Notes: generated by a model from the sequence alone, not told the origin. DNA of 64,000 bases from an uncultured Gammaproteobacteria bacterium (GCA_964425075.1 CAYRKM010000001.1:395060-459059), one strand, 5' to 3'; shown: positions 18,825 through 26,978, numbered from the stretch's first letter. A program made the numbers and translations.

Positions 18825-21047
18825 ATGAATAACAAAAAAACAAGAAAATTACTGTCCACAGTATTAATACTAGTTATATTTTCAGCAAAACTTGCTTTTC
18901 CAATTGGTGCTTTAGCTCTTGATGCTCCAACTGCGCCGAGTGCACCTACTGCTCCAAGCGCTCCATCTGCTCCAACTGCGCCGAGTGCACCTACTGCTCC
19001 AAGCGCTCCATCTGCTCCAACTGCGCCAACTTCTCCCCCAGCACCTACTGCGCCAGTTGCTCCAACTGCGCCGAGTGCACCTACATTAGTAACTCCAACA
19101 CCAACACCCACAGAGACTACACAGGCGCAGCAACAATCAGCACCAAAAGAAAGCAGCAATGATATTCAAAACCAAGAAAATGAATCAAATACACAAGGTG
19201 GAAATGTGGGGGATACAACAATTGACACGGGAGATGCTACAAGTAACGGTACAATTTCAAATGTAGGAAATACAAATACAGCCTCAACTCCTGGAGGAAG
19301 TGGTGGAGGAGCCACAGTTGTAAATAGCGGAAATGGGGAGGACTCAACAAACACTGGAGCAGTAATAAGTTCAGATACTTCAACCACTAACCAGACTAAT
19401 TCAGCAACTATTAATAACACAATGAATCAAGGAGCAACAAGCGGAAATAACATTTCTGATAGTAATGTTGGAAATACAACCATTAATACTGGGGATTCAA
19501 ACACTAGCGGAACTATTATTAATGCAGTGAATACAAATGTTGATGGAATTGCAGTTGCCGAGTTCAATGTAGTAGATGATCATATTGGGGACATAATTCT
19601 CGACTTCGGAAATTCAAATTGTATCGCAGGATGCGGAGGAGAAACAGCAGTTATTAATACTGGAAATGGGGAGGACTCAACCAATACTGGAACTGTTGAC
19701 TCTACAACTACAGATAACACTTTCCAAACTAACACAGCAGGAATTGTAAATGACATGATTCTTGATTCTAACGCTGGAGACAATTCAGCATCTCACAATA
19801 CGGGTGGAGACAGCATTATAACAACGGGCGATGCTAATACGGCAGCAAATGTAATGAATTTGGTTAACAATAATATTGCAGGGAATGTGATATTGGGAGT
19901 CGTTAATATATTCGGAGACCTTATTGGAGATATCATTTTGCCAGAAAATCCATTTGCAAATTGTTCAACTTGTGTTGCAAATAACACAACAGTCGCAAAT
20001 ACAGGAAATGGCGAAGGTTCTACAAATGAAGCTACATTTACTAGCACCACAAATGATGGAACATTTCAATACAATGACGCAAGCATTCAGAATAACATAA
20101 TAAGCGATGCTAATTCAGGAGATAATTCAGCAAGCAAGAATACTGGAGGCAGTAGCAATATCGAAACTGGAGATACTAATACTGAGGTAGGAATATTGAA
20201 TATCGCAAACATGAATCTTGCGGGTGGGGATTGGTGGTTAGTAATCGTAAACGAAGCAGGACAATGGATCGGAAAGATATTGGGTGGAGACGGAAGCAAC
20301 GTAGCAGGTTCTAATGGACTTGAATTTATAGTAGATCCACTTACTGGGGCAGTAACAGCAAAGAATTCAGGAAATGGTGAAGGCTCAACCAACACAGCAG
20401 CAGTTAACCAGACAAACAATTCAACAACCAACCAAAGCAACACTGCAGCAATTACAAATAATCTTGACCTATCTGCTAATACCGGTGGAAACAGTACTAG
20501 TCACAACACTGGTGGTAACAACTCAATAGTAACTGGGGATGCTCACATAATCGCAAACATAGTTAACTTTGTTAACAATAATATAACTGGCAATGGTAGG
20601 CTCTTTGTAACAGTAGTGAATGTATTTGGAAGTTGGATGGGAGATTTGGTAACTCCTGGACAACATAAGGAAACAGCATCTGCACAAAATGGAGTAGGTG
20701 GATCAAACGGCTCAAATAATTCAACATCAACAGTTCAAGGTTCATTCGGAAGTTCGTCTAGCCTTGTTCAAGCAGAGAATGTGCTTTCACAAATCACAGG
20801 AAACGGCAACAATAACACTCTTGCATACGGAAGCGTTCAGGGTACAAACGACTCAAAACCACAAAATGATGCTACTGTTGCAAGCGTAGGGCAAGACGAC
20901 TCTGCGGCAGTAGCAGATAAGAATATCAATATTAATTTAGCATGGTTCCTTCTCTTAATTCCAGGGATGGGATTTGTGCTACTCGCAAAAAAATCGTTTG
21001 CTCCAGTTTCAAGCCTGGCGCTAAGAGGTATACATTTGTTTCTTTAA
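18825..21047 (+). CDS. Secreted repeat protein of the same family with (APT/APS)n stalk and C-terminal TM anchor
   Basis: Signal peptide; Ala-Pro-Thr/Ser repeats; four NxGNGE(D/G)STN units; CIAGC and CSTC; C-terminal LAWFLLLIPGMGFVLLAKK. Confidence 0.85.
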   Translation: MNNKKTRKLLSTVLILVIFSAKLAFPIGALALDAPTAPSAPTAPSAPSAPTAPSAPTAPSAPSAPTAPTSPPAPTAPVAPTAPSAPTLVTPTPTPTETTQAQQQSAPKESSNDIQNQENESNTQGGNVGDTTIDTGDATSNGTISNVGNTNTASTPGGSGGGATVVNSGNGEDSTNTGAVISSDTSTTNQTNSATINNTMNQGATSGNNISDSNVGNTTINTGDSNTSGTIINAVNTNVDGIAVAEFNVVDDHIGDIILDFGNSNCIAGCGGETAVINTGNGEDSTNTGTVDSTTTDNTFQTNTAGIVNDMILDSNAGDNSASHNTGGDSIITTGDANTAANVMNLVNNNIAGNVILGVVNIFGDLIGDIILPENPFANCSTCVANNTTVANTGNGEGSTNEATFTSTTNDGTFQYNDASIQNNIISDANSGDNSASKNTGGSSNIETGDTNTEVGILNIANMNLAGGDWWLVIVNEAGQWIGKILGGDGSNVAGSNGLEFIVDPLTGAVTAKNSGNGEGSTNTAAVNQTNNSTTNQSNTAAITNNLDLSANTGGNSTSHNTGGNNSIVTGDAHIIANIVNFVNNNITGNGRLFVTVVNVFGSWMGDLVTPGQHKETASAQNGVGGSNGSNNSTSTVQGSFGSSSSLVQAENVLSQITGNGNNNTLAYGSVQGTNDSKPQNDATVASVGQDDSAAVADKNININLAWFLLLIPGMGFVLLAKKSFAPVSSLALRGIHLFL
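18924..19084 (+). repeat. Coding tandem repeat, 45-bp unit (APTAPSAPTAPSAPS)
   Basis: gctccaactgcgccgagtgcacctactgctccaagcgctccatct occurs exactly at 18924 and 18969, with partial copies at 19014 and 19059. Confidence 0.9.
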
Positions 21048-21051
21048 AATC

Positions 21052-22173
21052 ATGTTTAAGAAGGCAGTAATGTTCATAATCTGCCTGCCCATAGTTCACT
21101 TCGCACTTGCATTTCAAGTTAGAGCAGAAGAGATTAACCTTTCCGTTACTGGTAATGGTGAGGGTTCGTCAAATGCTACACAAGTTCAGAATAATACTAC
21201 TACGACAGTTACCCAAACCAACACAGCGGATATAAATAATAATGTAAATACGAATACTAACACTGGAGGAAATAATGCAACTGATAATAACGGAAATGCT
21301 TCAATTCAAACAGGCGATTCGACAACTTCTACTACTATTAATAATGAAAATATCAATTCAAATTCAGCAAATATTAATCCATGCTGCAATGGTAATTCTG
21401 TAAATATTGAGATTTCAGGAAATGGTAGTGATTCCAACAATTTAGTTAATGCTTCAAATAATAATACAAACAACATCTACCAAACTAACTACGCAAATAT
21501 CTACAACAACGCAATGACAAATTCTAACACCGGATACAACAGCGCAGACAGCAATATTGGAAATGTATACATAAAGACTGGAAATATTTCAGCAACTACA
21601 AAAATCAATAACAAAAATATTAATAATAGCTATGCTGCAGGAGGTAGCGTTGATTCCTCTTTTTATGCTGTTATAAAAAATAATGGAGAAGATTCTGAGA
21701 ACAAAATTATTTTCAACAAGGATAATGAAAATAATCTAATTGTTACAAATATTGCAAACATATCAAATAATGTAGAGCACAATTTGAATACTGGATACAA
21801 TAGTGCAAATGGAAATTTGGGTGACGTTGCAATAATTACAGGAGATATTACAAGCGATGTTGAAATCAATAATGAAAATATAAATAGTAGTACTGCAATT
21901 CTTCCATGCTTAACATGCGAAAAACCAGAAGATCCTGAAACTCCACCTACTAACCCACCAAGCACACCACCTACATCAGTTGGTGGTGGAGGTGGTGGTG
22001 ATGGAAGATCAGACGGTAGGTCTGATGGAAAAGGTGGTTCGGTATTGGGTGCTATGTTGCCTGCAACAGGACTTCCTTTTATGTTCTACGCTACGCTTCT
22101 TCTCTTCTTCCTTTTCCTCTCAGGTATCTTTCTGCGTTATCACTCCGGAGTTTCTCCTCCAGTTGTAGCTTAG
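21052..22173 (+). CDS. Secreted repeat protein (3 repeats) with LPxTG sortase sorting signal
   Basis: Signal peptide; GNGEGSSN, GNGSDSNN and NNGEDSEN units; Pro/Gly linker; VLGAMLPATG + hydrophobic helix + RYH tail. Confidence 0.87.
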   Translation: MFKKAVMFIICLPIVHFALAFQVRAEEINLSVTGNGEGSSNATQVQNNTTTTVTQTNTADINNNVNTNTNTGGNNATDNNGNASIQTGDSTTSTTINNENINSNSANINPCCNGNSVNIEISGNGSDSNNLVNASNNNTNNIYQTNYANIYNNAMTNSNTGYNSADSNIGNVYIKTGNISATTKINNKNINNSYAAGGSVDSSFYAVIKNNGEDSENKIIFNKDNENNLIVTNIANISNNVEHNLNTGYNSANGNLGDVAIITGDITSDVEINNENINSSTAILPCLTCEKPEDPETPPTNPPSTPPTSVGGGGGGDGRSDGRSDGKGGSVLGAMLPATGLPFMFYATLLLFFLFLSGIFLRYHSGVSPPVVA

Positions 22174-22184
22174 TATTTTAAACC

Positions 22185-22210
22185 AAAGCCCCGCTAAGCG
22201 GGGTTTTTTC
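22185..22210 (+). terminator. Rho-independent terminator of the repeat-protein operon
   Basis: GCCCCGC-taa-GCGGGGT followed by a T-run. Confidence 0.8.
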
Positions 22211-22294
22211 TTGGTTTAAGCATAGTTGCATTATGTTTGTTTCGTGTTTAATATACCTTTATGAAGAAGCAAGGCTTGTTCACAATCAGAGATT

Positions 22295-22852
22295 ATGAGT
22301 AGAAAACTTCAGAGAAATATCGGCAACGCTCTAATGGCGTTTTCTTTTTTAGGTTTGGTATTAATTTATTACCCAATAGCAAAAGAATATTTATTTCCTC
22401 CTACTTATACCCAAGAGGAGAAGAAAAGTCTTGGATTTTCTGTCGAAATTCCATCAATTAATGTTTTTTCAAAAGTAATCGAAAATGTAGACCCTTTCAA
22501 TCAGGCAGAATACATAGAGTCCCTTAAGGACGGAGTAGCACATGCGAAAGGCACTTCTTTGCCTGGTGAAAAAGGAACTATATATCTTTTTGCTCACTCC
22601 TCGGACGTACCATGGAGAATTACAAGATATAACACTGCATTTTTTAAATTAGGACAGGTGAAAAATGGGGAGGAAATACTAATTCAACACAAAGGCAGGG
22701 AGTATAAATATAAAGTGTTTACTCAAAAAACAGTTTGGCCAAGCGAAGTTAAATACCTAACTGAGTCTCAAGGTGACGTATTAATTCTTCAAACCTGTAC
22801 ACCAGTAGGAACTTCCTTTAAAAGACTTCTTGTATTTGCAAAACCCCTCTAG
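22295..22852 (+). CDS. Sortase
   Basis: N-terminal TM; GVAHAKGTSLPG, FAHS (His), LQTC (Cys), KRL (Arg). Confidence 0.93.
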   Translation: MSRKLQRNIGNALMAFSFLGLVLIYYPIAKEYLFPPTYTQEEKKSLGFSVEIPSINVFSKVIENVDPFNQAEYIESLKDGVAHAKGTSLPGEKGTIYLFAHSSDVPWRITRYNTAFFKLGQVKNGEEILIQHKGREYKYKVFTQKTVWPSEVKYLTESQGDVLILQTCTPVGTSFKRLLVFAKPL

Positions 22853-22859
22853 GTGTGGC

Positions 22860-22880
22860 GGGGGCGGACGAGCCGCCCCC
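22860..22880. other. GC-rich hairpin between the converging sortase and small-ORF array
   Basis: GGGGGCGG-acgag-CCGCCCCC. Confidence 0.6.
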
Positions 22881-22896
22881 ATGCGCCCTTACGGGT

Positions 22897-23136
22897 TCAT
22901 TCTTGTTGTGGGTAAAATAACCTCCTTACTATGTTGAAGAGCCCGTTGAAAATCGAGATAACGATCATGATGGGCGTGCCAACATAGATAAGTATCCCAA
23001 TCCCGACGTGCTCTTTCGTAGTGGCTACAGGATGGCGGCGAAACCGCTCCCTCGTGTACTCGCTGAATGCATCTGGGATCATCAAGCAGAGTGTGATGAT
23101 TCCCCACACTGCCAAGATGATAATCAAGATTTCCAC
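22897..23136 (-). CDS. Small 2-TM hypothetical protein (array ORF3)
   Basis: GTG start preceded by GGAGGAGG; two hydrophobic helices. Confidence 0.65.
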   Translation of the reverse strand: MEILIIILAVWGIITLCLMIPDAFSEYTRERFRRHPVATTKEHVGIGILIYVGTPIMIVISIFNGLFNIVRRLFYPQQE

Positions 23137-23206
23137 CGGTGTCCCTCCTCCCAGAGGTGAATGGGTCCCGCCTCGCGGCGAGACCTGCTGCGTGATGGGG
23201 TGCTGA

Positions 23207-23425
23207 CTACCGTCGGGATCTACGAGACTTTTTCTTTTTGGCGACTCGTCGTCGGAAGATCAGACAGTACGTCTCCAGACCTTTTGACGGTTTCTGTTTG
23301 GTCGGCGCAAACCCAACGAATTCCCAGCCTCCGTAGTGGGCCATTCCATCCAAATGGTCTTTGAGAAGGGCAGTCGCCCTCCATGAATCTGCACTGACTT
23401 CCTGAAGCTTGTGCTCGTATTTCAT
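23207..23425 (-). CDS. Small hypothetical protein, DUF4177-like (array ORF2)
   Basis: AAGGAG upstream; YEHK...GWEFVG...LIFRR pattern resembles DUF4177; basic tail. Confidence 0.65.
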   Translation of the reverse strand: MKYEHKLQEVSADSWRATALLKDHLDGMAHYGGWEFVGFAPTKQKPSKGLETYCLIFRRRVAKKKKSRRSRR

Positions 23426-23488
23426 CGAATGCTCCTTCGAGGCGAATGGGTCCCGCCTCGCAGCAGGACTGGCCGAGTTGTATTCTGA

Positions 23489-23656
23489 CTAGTCGTTCGG
23501 GTTGTCAAACCTTTTTCTTCTGGTGGAAGATTTTGGGTTTGACTCTCCGCGTATCTTCCTTGCTTCCTGAACAATCCCCTGAGCATGCTCAACAATGTTG
23601 GCAATGCTCTCGAGGATTCCGCCTATTCGACGGCACATTCTCACAAACCTATCCAT
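23489..23656 (-). CDS. 55-aa hypothetical protein (array ORF1, absent from the ORF track)
   Basis: AAGGAG-aaacg-ATG; MDRFVRMCRRIGGILESIANIVEHAQGIVQEARKIRGESNPKSSTRRKRFDNPND*. Confidence 0.6.
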   Translation of the reverse strand: MDRFVRMCRRIGGILESIANIVEHAQGIVQEARKIRGESNPKSSTRRKRFDNPND

Positions 23657-23726
23657 CGTTTCTCCTTTTTTTGAGTTTTGTCCCGCGCAATCCCGATCTT
23701 ATCGGAACTCTGCGGGGCAAAACTCT

Positions 23727-23752
23727 TCCACCTTCGCTAAAGCTATGGCGGA
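23727..23752. repeat. REP-like palindromic element
   Basis: TCCACCTTCGCTAAAGCTATGGCGGA resembles the reverse complement of 61406-61435. Confidence 0.6.
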
Positions 23753-23847
23753 TAAACAAGAATGAATTGTAAAGGTGCGTACTTTTTTGTTTAATCTGGT
23801 GAATTTAAGCACGTTAAAAACTATCAATCAAACTGAAAAGTGGATGG

Positions 23848-23876
23848 ATTATATAGGAAAATGGATCCAAAATCAA
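23848..23876 (-). promoter_or_regulatory. Sigma70-like promoter for the small-ORF array
   Basis: Minus strand TTGATT-17 nt-TATAAT. Confidence 0.6.
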
Positions 23877-23896
23877 AACTATAAGTTTAAAAACAC

Positions 23897-23927
23897 AAAA
23901 AACCCCTCCAAATTGGAAGGGCTTTTT
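23897..23927 (-). terminator. Rho-independent terminator (possibly bidirectional)
   Basis: A6-CCCCTCCAA-a-TTGGAAGGG-cT5, just downstream of the 23946 gene. Confidence 0.75.
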
Positions 23928-23945
23928 GTATCAACTAGAAAGAAA

Positions 23946-24539
23946 CTAGTTTGAGTTTGTTGAACCTGTAACATTTACAGTTGTAGTGGTTGTATTGTCA
24001 TCAGTATTGATGTCATTAGCGCCACCAACGTTACCGTTAGCATTATTGCCCCCAGTGTTTTGAACTGTTGTTACGTTTGTGCTAACAATTGTGGTATTTT
24101 TTTGCTTCACAATGTTTTTGCAAAGATCGATTACCAAAGCTCCATTAACTGAGCCAGCACCATTGTGATGTATGTCAACCGTTGTTTCGCCTTGTCCATC
24201 ACAACAACAGCTTTCTGCTGTGTTGGTATTGGTTCCACCTGCAACAGTCACATTTGTTGTTGTCGTATTTTTACCTGTAGTAATGGTATTTCCGCCACCA
24301 ACGTTACCGTTAGCATTATTGCCCCCAGTGTTTTGAACTGTTGTTACGTTTGTGCTAACAATTGTGGTATTTTTTTGCTTCACTTTCGATTTAGAAAGCT
24401 TTACAATAAGCGCTCCGTTGACTGAGCCAGCACCATTATTATTGATTTCAATTGGTGCAGCGAATGCTGTCGGGACTACCAAAGCCGCCATCATTGTTCC
24501 AGTTGCGATAGCTGTTGTAATTTTGTATTTAATATTCAT
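23946..24539 (-). CDS. Small secreted paralog of the repeat family (2 repeats, CCC linker)
   Basis: GGAGGTGA SD; signal peptide ..PTAFA; two NGAGSVN...QKNTT...NTGGNNANGNVGG units separated by ESCCCDG. Confidence 0.85.
   Translation of the reverse strand: MNIKYKITTAIATGTMMAALVVPTAFAAPIEINNNGAGSVNGALIVKLSKSKVKQKNTTIVSTNVTTVQNTGGNNANGNVGGGNTITTGKNTTTTNVTVAGGTNTNTAESCCCDGQGETTVDIHHNGAGSVNGALVIDLCKNIVKQKNTTIVSTNVTTVQNTGGNNANGNVGGANDINTDDNTTTTTVNVTGSTNSN
24020..24383. repeat. Exact 91-bp direct repeat (24020-24110 and 24293-24383)
   Basis: Identical sequence at offset 273 nt (91 codons), encoding VKQKNTTIVSTNVTTVQNTGGNNANGNVGG twice. Confidence 0.88.
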
Positions 24540-24604
24540 TTTTTTTATTCACCTCCTTTCAAGCTAAGATATCTCCGATTTACGTTTCGGCAAACGTACT
24601 AAAA

Positions 24605-25456
24605 CTATGCTTCACAGAAAGATTCTGCTTCAGCGTTACAATAATCATTGTCTGCGCCTCCGTTGGCATCATCTGTTCCTCCATCACCTTTTAGTGAATC
24701 AGAACCTACTCCTCCAAAAAGATGGTCGCTTCCAGAAGCTCCTTTAATAGAGTCGCTTCCATTCTCGCCATACAACCAATCGTTTCCTTCATTTCCCTGA
24801 ATAGCATCACTACCATTTCCACCGAGAACTACATCATTACCGCCTTGTCCGTGTATGGCATCACTTCCATTTCCTCCTACAATACAATCATTGCCTCCCT
24901 TACCGTTAATGACGTCACTTCCTCCTTTTCCAAGGATTAAGTCAGGACCGCTAGTACCATTTAGTACTTCACTTGCTTCTGTTCCTTCAATGACGTTGTA
25001 TTCAACTTCATCATCACATTGCTCAGGAATGTTTGAAGGAGGCGTTGCCTCAATCTCATCCGCTGATCCGGCAGGCATTGTAAAGGTTGAACAATTACCA
25101 TCAGTTGTTCCGCTGATAGATCCATCGTTTGCTATTGTTCCATTACCATTTAATGTATAGCCGAAGTTTGCACCGGTATAAACAAGAGCAAAGGTAATAC
25201 TGCTTCCATCTATTGTGCCGTCAATATCCCATGTGTATGAAGCATCTGCGTCAAAATCACCTGTTCCGGCAAACACTCCGTTTACGTCCTGAGAAACCGT
25301 ATTGAGAGTGTGAGCATAGTCAGACCCTCCGCAATTAAAAACTATAGCTTTCGGTGCTGTTAATTCCCAGTTTGGGGCTGCGAATGCTGGCATTGCAACA
25401 TTTCCAAAAAGAAGAGCTGCTGCAGCTCCTGTCGTTAAAATTTTTTTTATATTCAT
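24605..25456 (-). CDS. Secreted protein with RTX/hemolysin-type Ca-binding nonapeptide repeats
   Basis: Likely start MNIKK at 25456 (GAGGGGGTGA SD); signal ..MPAFA; repeated GGNGSDAI, GQGGNDVV, GENGSDSI units. Confidence 0.85.
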   Translation of the reverse strand: MNIKKILTTGAAAALLFGNVAMPAFAAPNWELTAPKAIVFNCGGSDYAHTLNTVSQDVNGVFAGTGDFDADASYTWDIDGTIDGSSITFALVYTGANFGYTLNGNGTIANDGSISGTTDGNCSTFTMPAGSADEIEATPPSNIPEQCDDEVEYNVIEGTEASEVLNGTSGPDLILGKGGSDVINGKGGNDCIVGGNGSDAIHGQGGNDVVLGGNGSDAIQGNEGNDWLYGENGSDSIKGASGSDHLFGGVGSDSLKGDGGTDDANGGADNDYCNAEAESFCEA

Positions 25457-25865
25457 TTTTTTCACCCCCTCTCGTGTAAAATCGCCCTGCCATTCCATAT
25501 GAACTTTCTAAGCATTTACTGCATCAATGCAGGCACAAAAAAACAACCATATCGGTTGTTTAGCAATTTGTGTTGTATAAAAATTTCATAGGCAGGTTCA
25601 TGTTTTTTCTCCTGCCTCTTCTCGCGAAAGCTCAAATTAGGCAGGTTAAATTAGCTACTGCCCTTTATCTAAAAGAAGATTTAGGCAGATTCAAATAAAA
25701 AAATAAGGAATAACGCTTAAGTGGGCAAGAATGAATACTTAGCAATTAACAGAGTATTGTATTAGTAGTTTTATTAAAAAAACGTTGATGTGTCAAGGTA
25801 AGCAAAATGGATACATTTGGATTAAAAAGTGTCAATATTCTTTTCACGGTTTTAGAGTGGTTAGC

Positions 25866-25895
25866 TTGACTTCAAGCGCTATTTTCTGCTAAAAT
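25866..25895 (+). promoter_or_regulatory. Promoter of the nusA operon
   Basis: TTGACT-18 nt-TAAAAT with an extended TG. Confidence 0.6.
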
Positions 25896-25951
25896 GAACA
25901 CAATAAAGTGTTATATTAGGTTCTTGCTAAATATAACTAAAGTAATGTGCG

Positions 25952-25975
25952 CGGTGGGACAACCCACCGTTTTTT
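25952..25975 (+). promoter_or_regulatory. nusA leader hairpin (attenuator-like)
   Basis: CGGTGGG-acaa-CCCACCG-T6 immediately before the ATG; resembles GTGGG..CCCAC hairpins of rimP-nusA leaders. Confidence 0.65.
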
Positions 25976-25979
25976 AAAT

Positions 25980-26978
25980 ATGCCAGCAATACAAAGAAGC
26001 GAGTTTGCGCTCGCACTTAACCAAATAGCAACCGAAAGGGGAGTGGATCCTCAAGATATTCTTGAGAGCATAAAAACTGCAATTTTAGCGGCTTACAAAA
26101 AAGATCACGTCCCAGCAACTCTTACAGAAGATGAAGTTGATGAAACTGTTTACTCTGCTGAAATTAACCCTCAAACTGGAGAAACCAAGATAATTCATGA
26201 AGGAATTGACGTAACGCCTCCAGGTTTTGGACGAATTGCAACACAAACAGCAAAGCAAGTTTTGCTTCAAAAAATAAGAGAAAGAGAGAAAGACGCAGTC
26301 ATGTCAGAATATTCTAAAAGAATTGGGACCGTAGTAAATGGAATGATTTTGCGATTTGCAGGACCCACTATAATCGTTGATATTGGAAAAGCTGAGGCTA
26401 TTATGCCTCAAGCACAAAGAATACAAAACGAGCAGTATTTTTTAAATAAAAAAATCGCTGTATATATAGTAGAAATTGCAGAGGATGAGAAAAGAGGACG
26501 GGAAATTATTGTGTCCCGTACTCACAATGGTCTTTTGGAAGGACTTTTGCGCCGTGAGGTTCCAGAAGTTGCTGCAGGAAATGTAATAATTAAGGCAATT
26601 ATAAGAGAACCAGGTTCAAGAGCTAAAATCGCAGTACATTCAGACCAATCTGGGATTGATCCAGTTGGAAGCTGTGTTGGACAAAAAGGAGTCCGAATTC
26701 AGGCTGTAATTGATGCAGTTGACGGACTTGAGAAGATTGATGTCATCCAGTGGAATCAAGATCCTGTTAGGTTTATTACTAACGCGTTGTCTCCCGCAAA
26801 GAATTTAACCGTTGAGGTAAATGAAAAGGAGAAAATAGCAAAAGTTACAGCTCCTCAGGAGGAATTGCCTCTTATTATTGGTCGTGAAGGACAAAACGTA
26901 AGACTTGCTTCAAAACTCACTGGTTATAATATTGAAGTAGAAGGAAGTAATGAGCCAATTGCTGAAGTTGAAGCTTAG
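25980..26978 (+). CDS. nusA: Transcription factor NusA
   Basis: FGRIATQTAKQV, S1 and KH domains, REPGSRAKIAV, DPVGSCVGQKG, IGREGQNVRLASKLTG; likely start ATG 25980. Confidence 0.97.
   Translation: MPAIQRSEFALALNQIATERGVDPQDILESIKTAILAAYKKDHVPATLTEDEVDETVYSAEINPQTGETKIIHEGIDVTPPGFGRIATQTAKQVLLQKIREREKDAVMSEYSKRIGTVVNGMILRFAGPTIIVDIGKAEAIMPQAQRIQNEQYFLNKKIAVYIVEIAEDEKRGREIIVSRTHNGLLEGLLRREVPEVAAGNVIIKAIIREPGSRAKIAVHSDQSGIDPVGSCVGQKGVRIQAVIDAVDGLEKIDVIQWNQDPVRFITNALSPAKNLTVEVNEKEKIAKVTAPQEELPLIIGREGQNVRLASKLTGYNIEVEGSNEPIAEVEA

Noticed and set aside
17454-20443. Many antisense ORFs over the repeat genes and other long genes
   Set aside because: Shadow frames caused by codon bias of real genes on the other strand.
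17479-22173. Calling the repeat proteins curli (CsgA/B), Fap or ice-nucleation proteins
   Set aside because: Unit length (~88 aa) and consensus do not match those repeats, and no csg/fap secretion genes are present; kept only as an analogy.
23140-23480. Repeated GAATGGGTCCCGCCTCGC as a CRISPR array or attC sites
   Set aside because: Only two close copies about 285 nt apart with an ORF between them; no cas or integrase gene; no clear RYYYAAC/GTTRRRY ends.
23422-23604. Track ORF of 60 aa (and the + strand ORFs 23161, 23446)
   Set aside because: TTG start without a well-spaced SD and it runs through the conserved spacer; the 23489-23656 frame is better supported.
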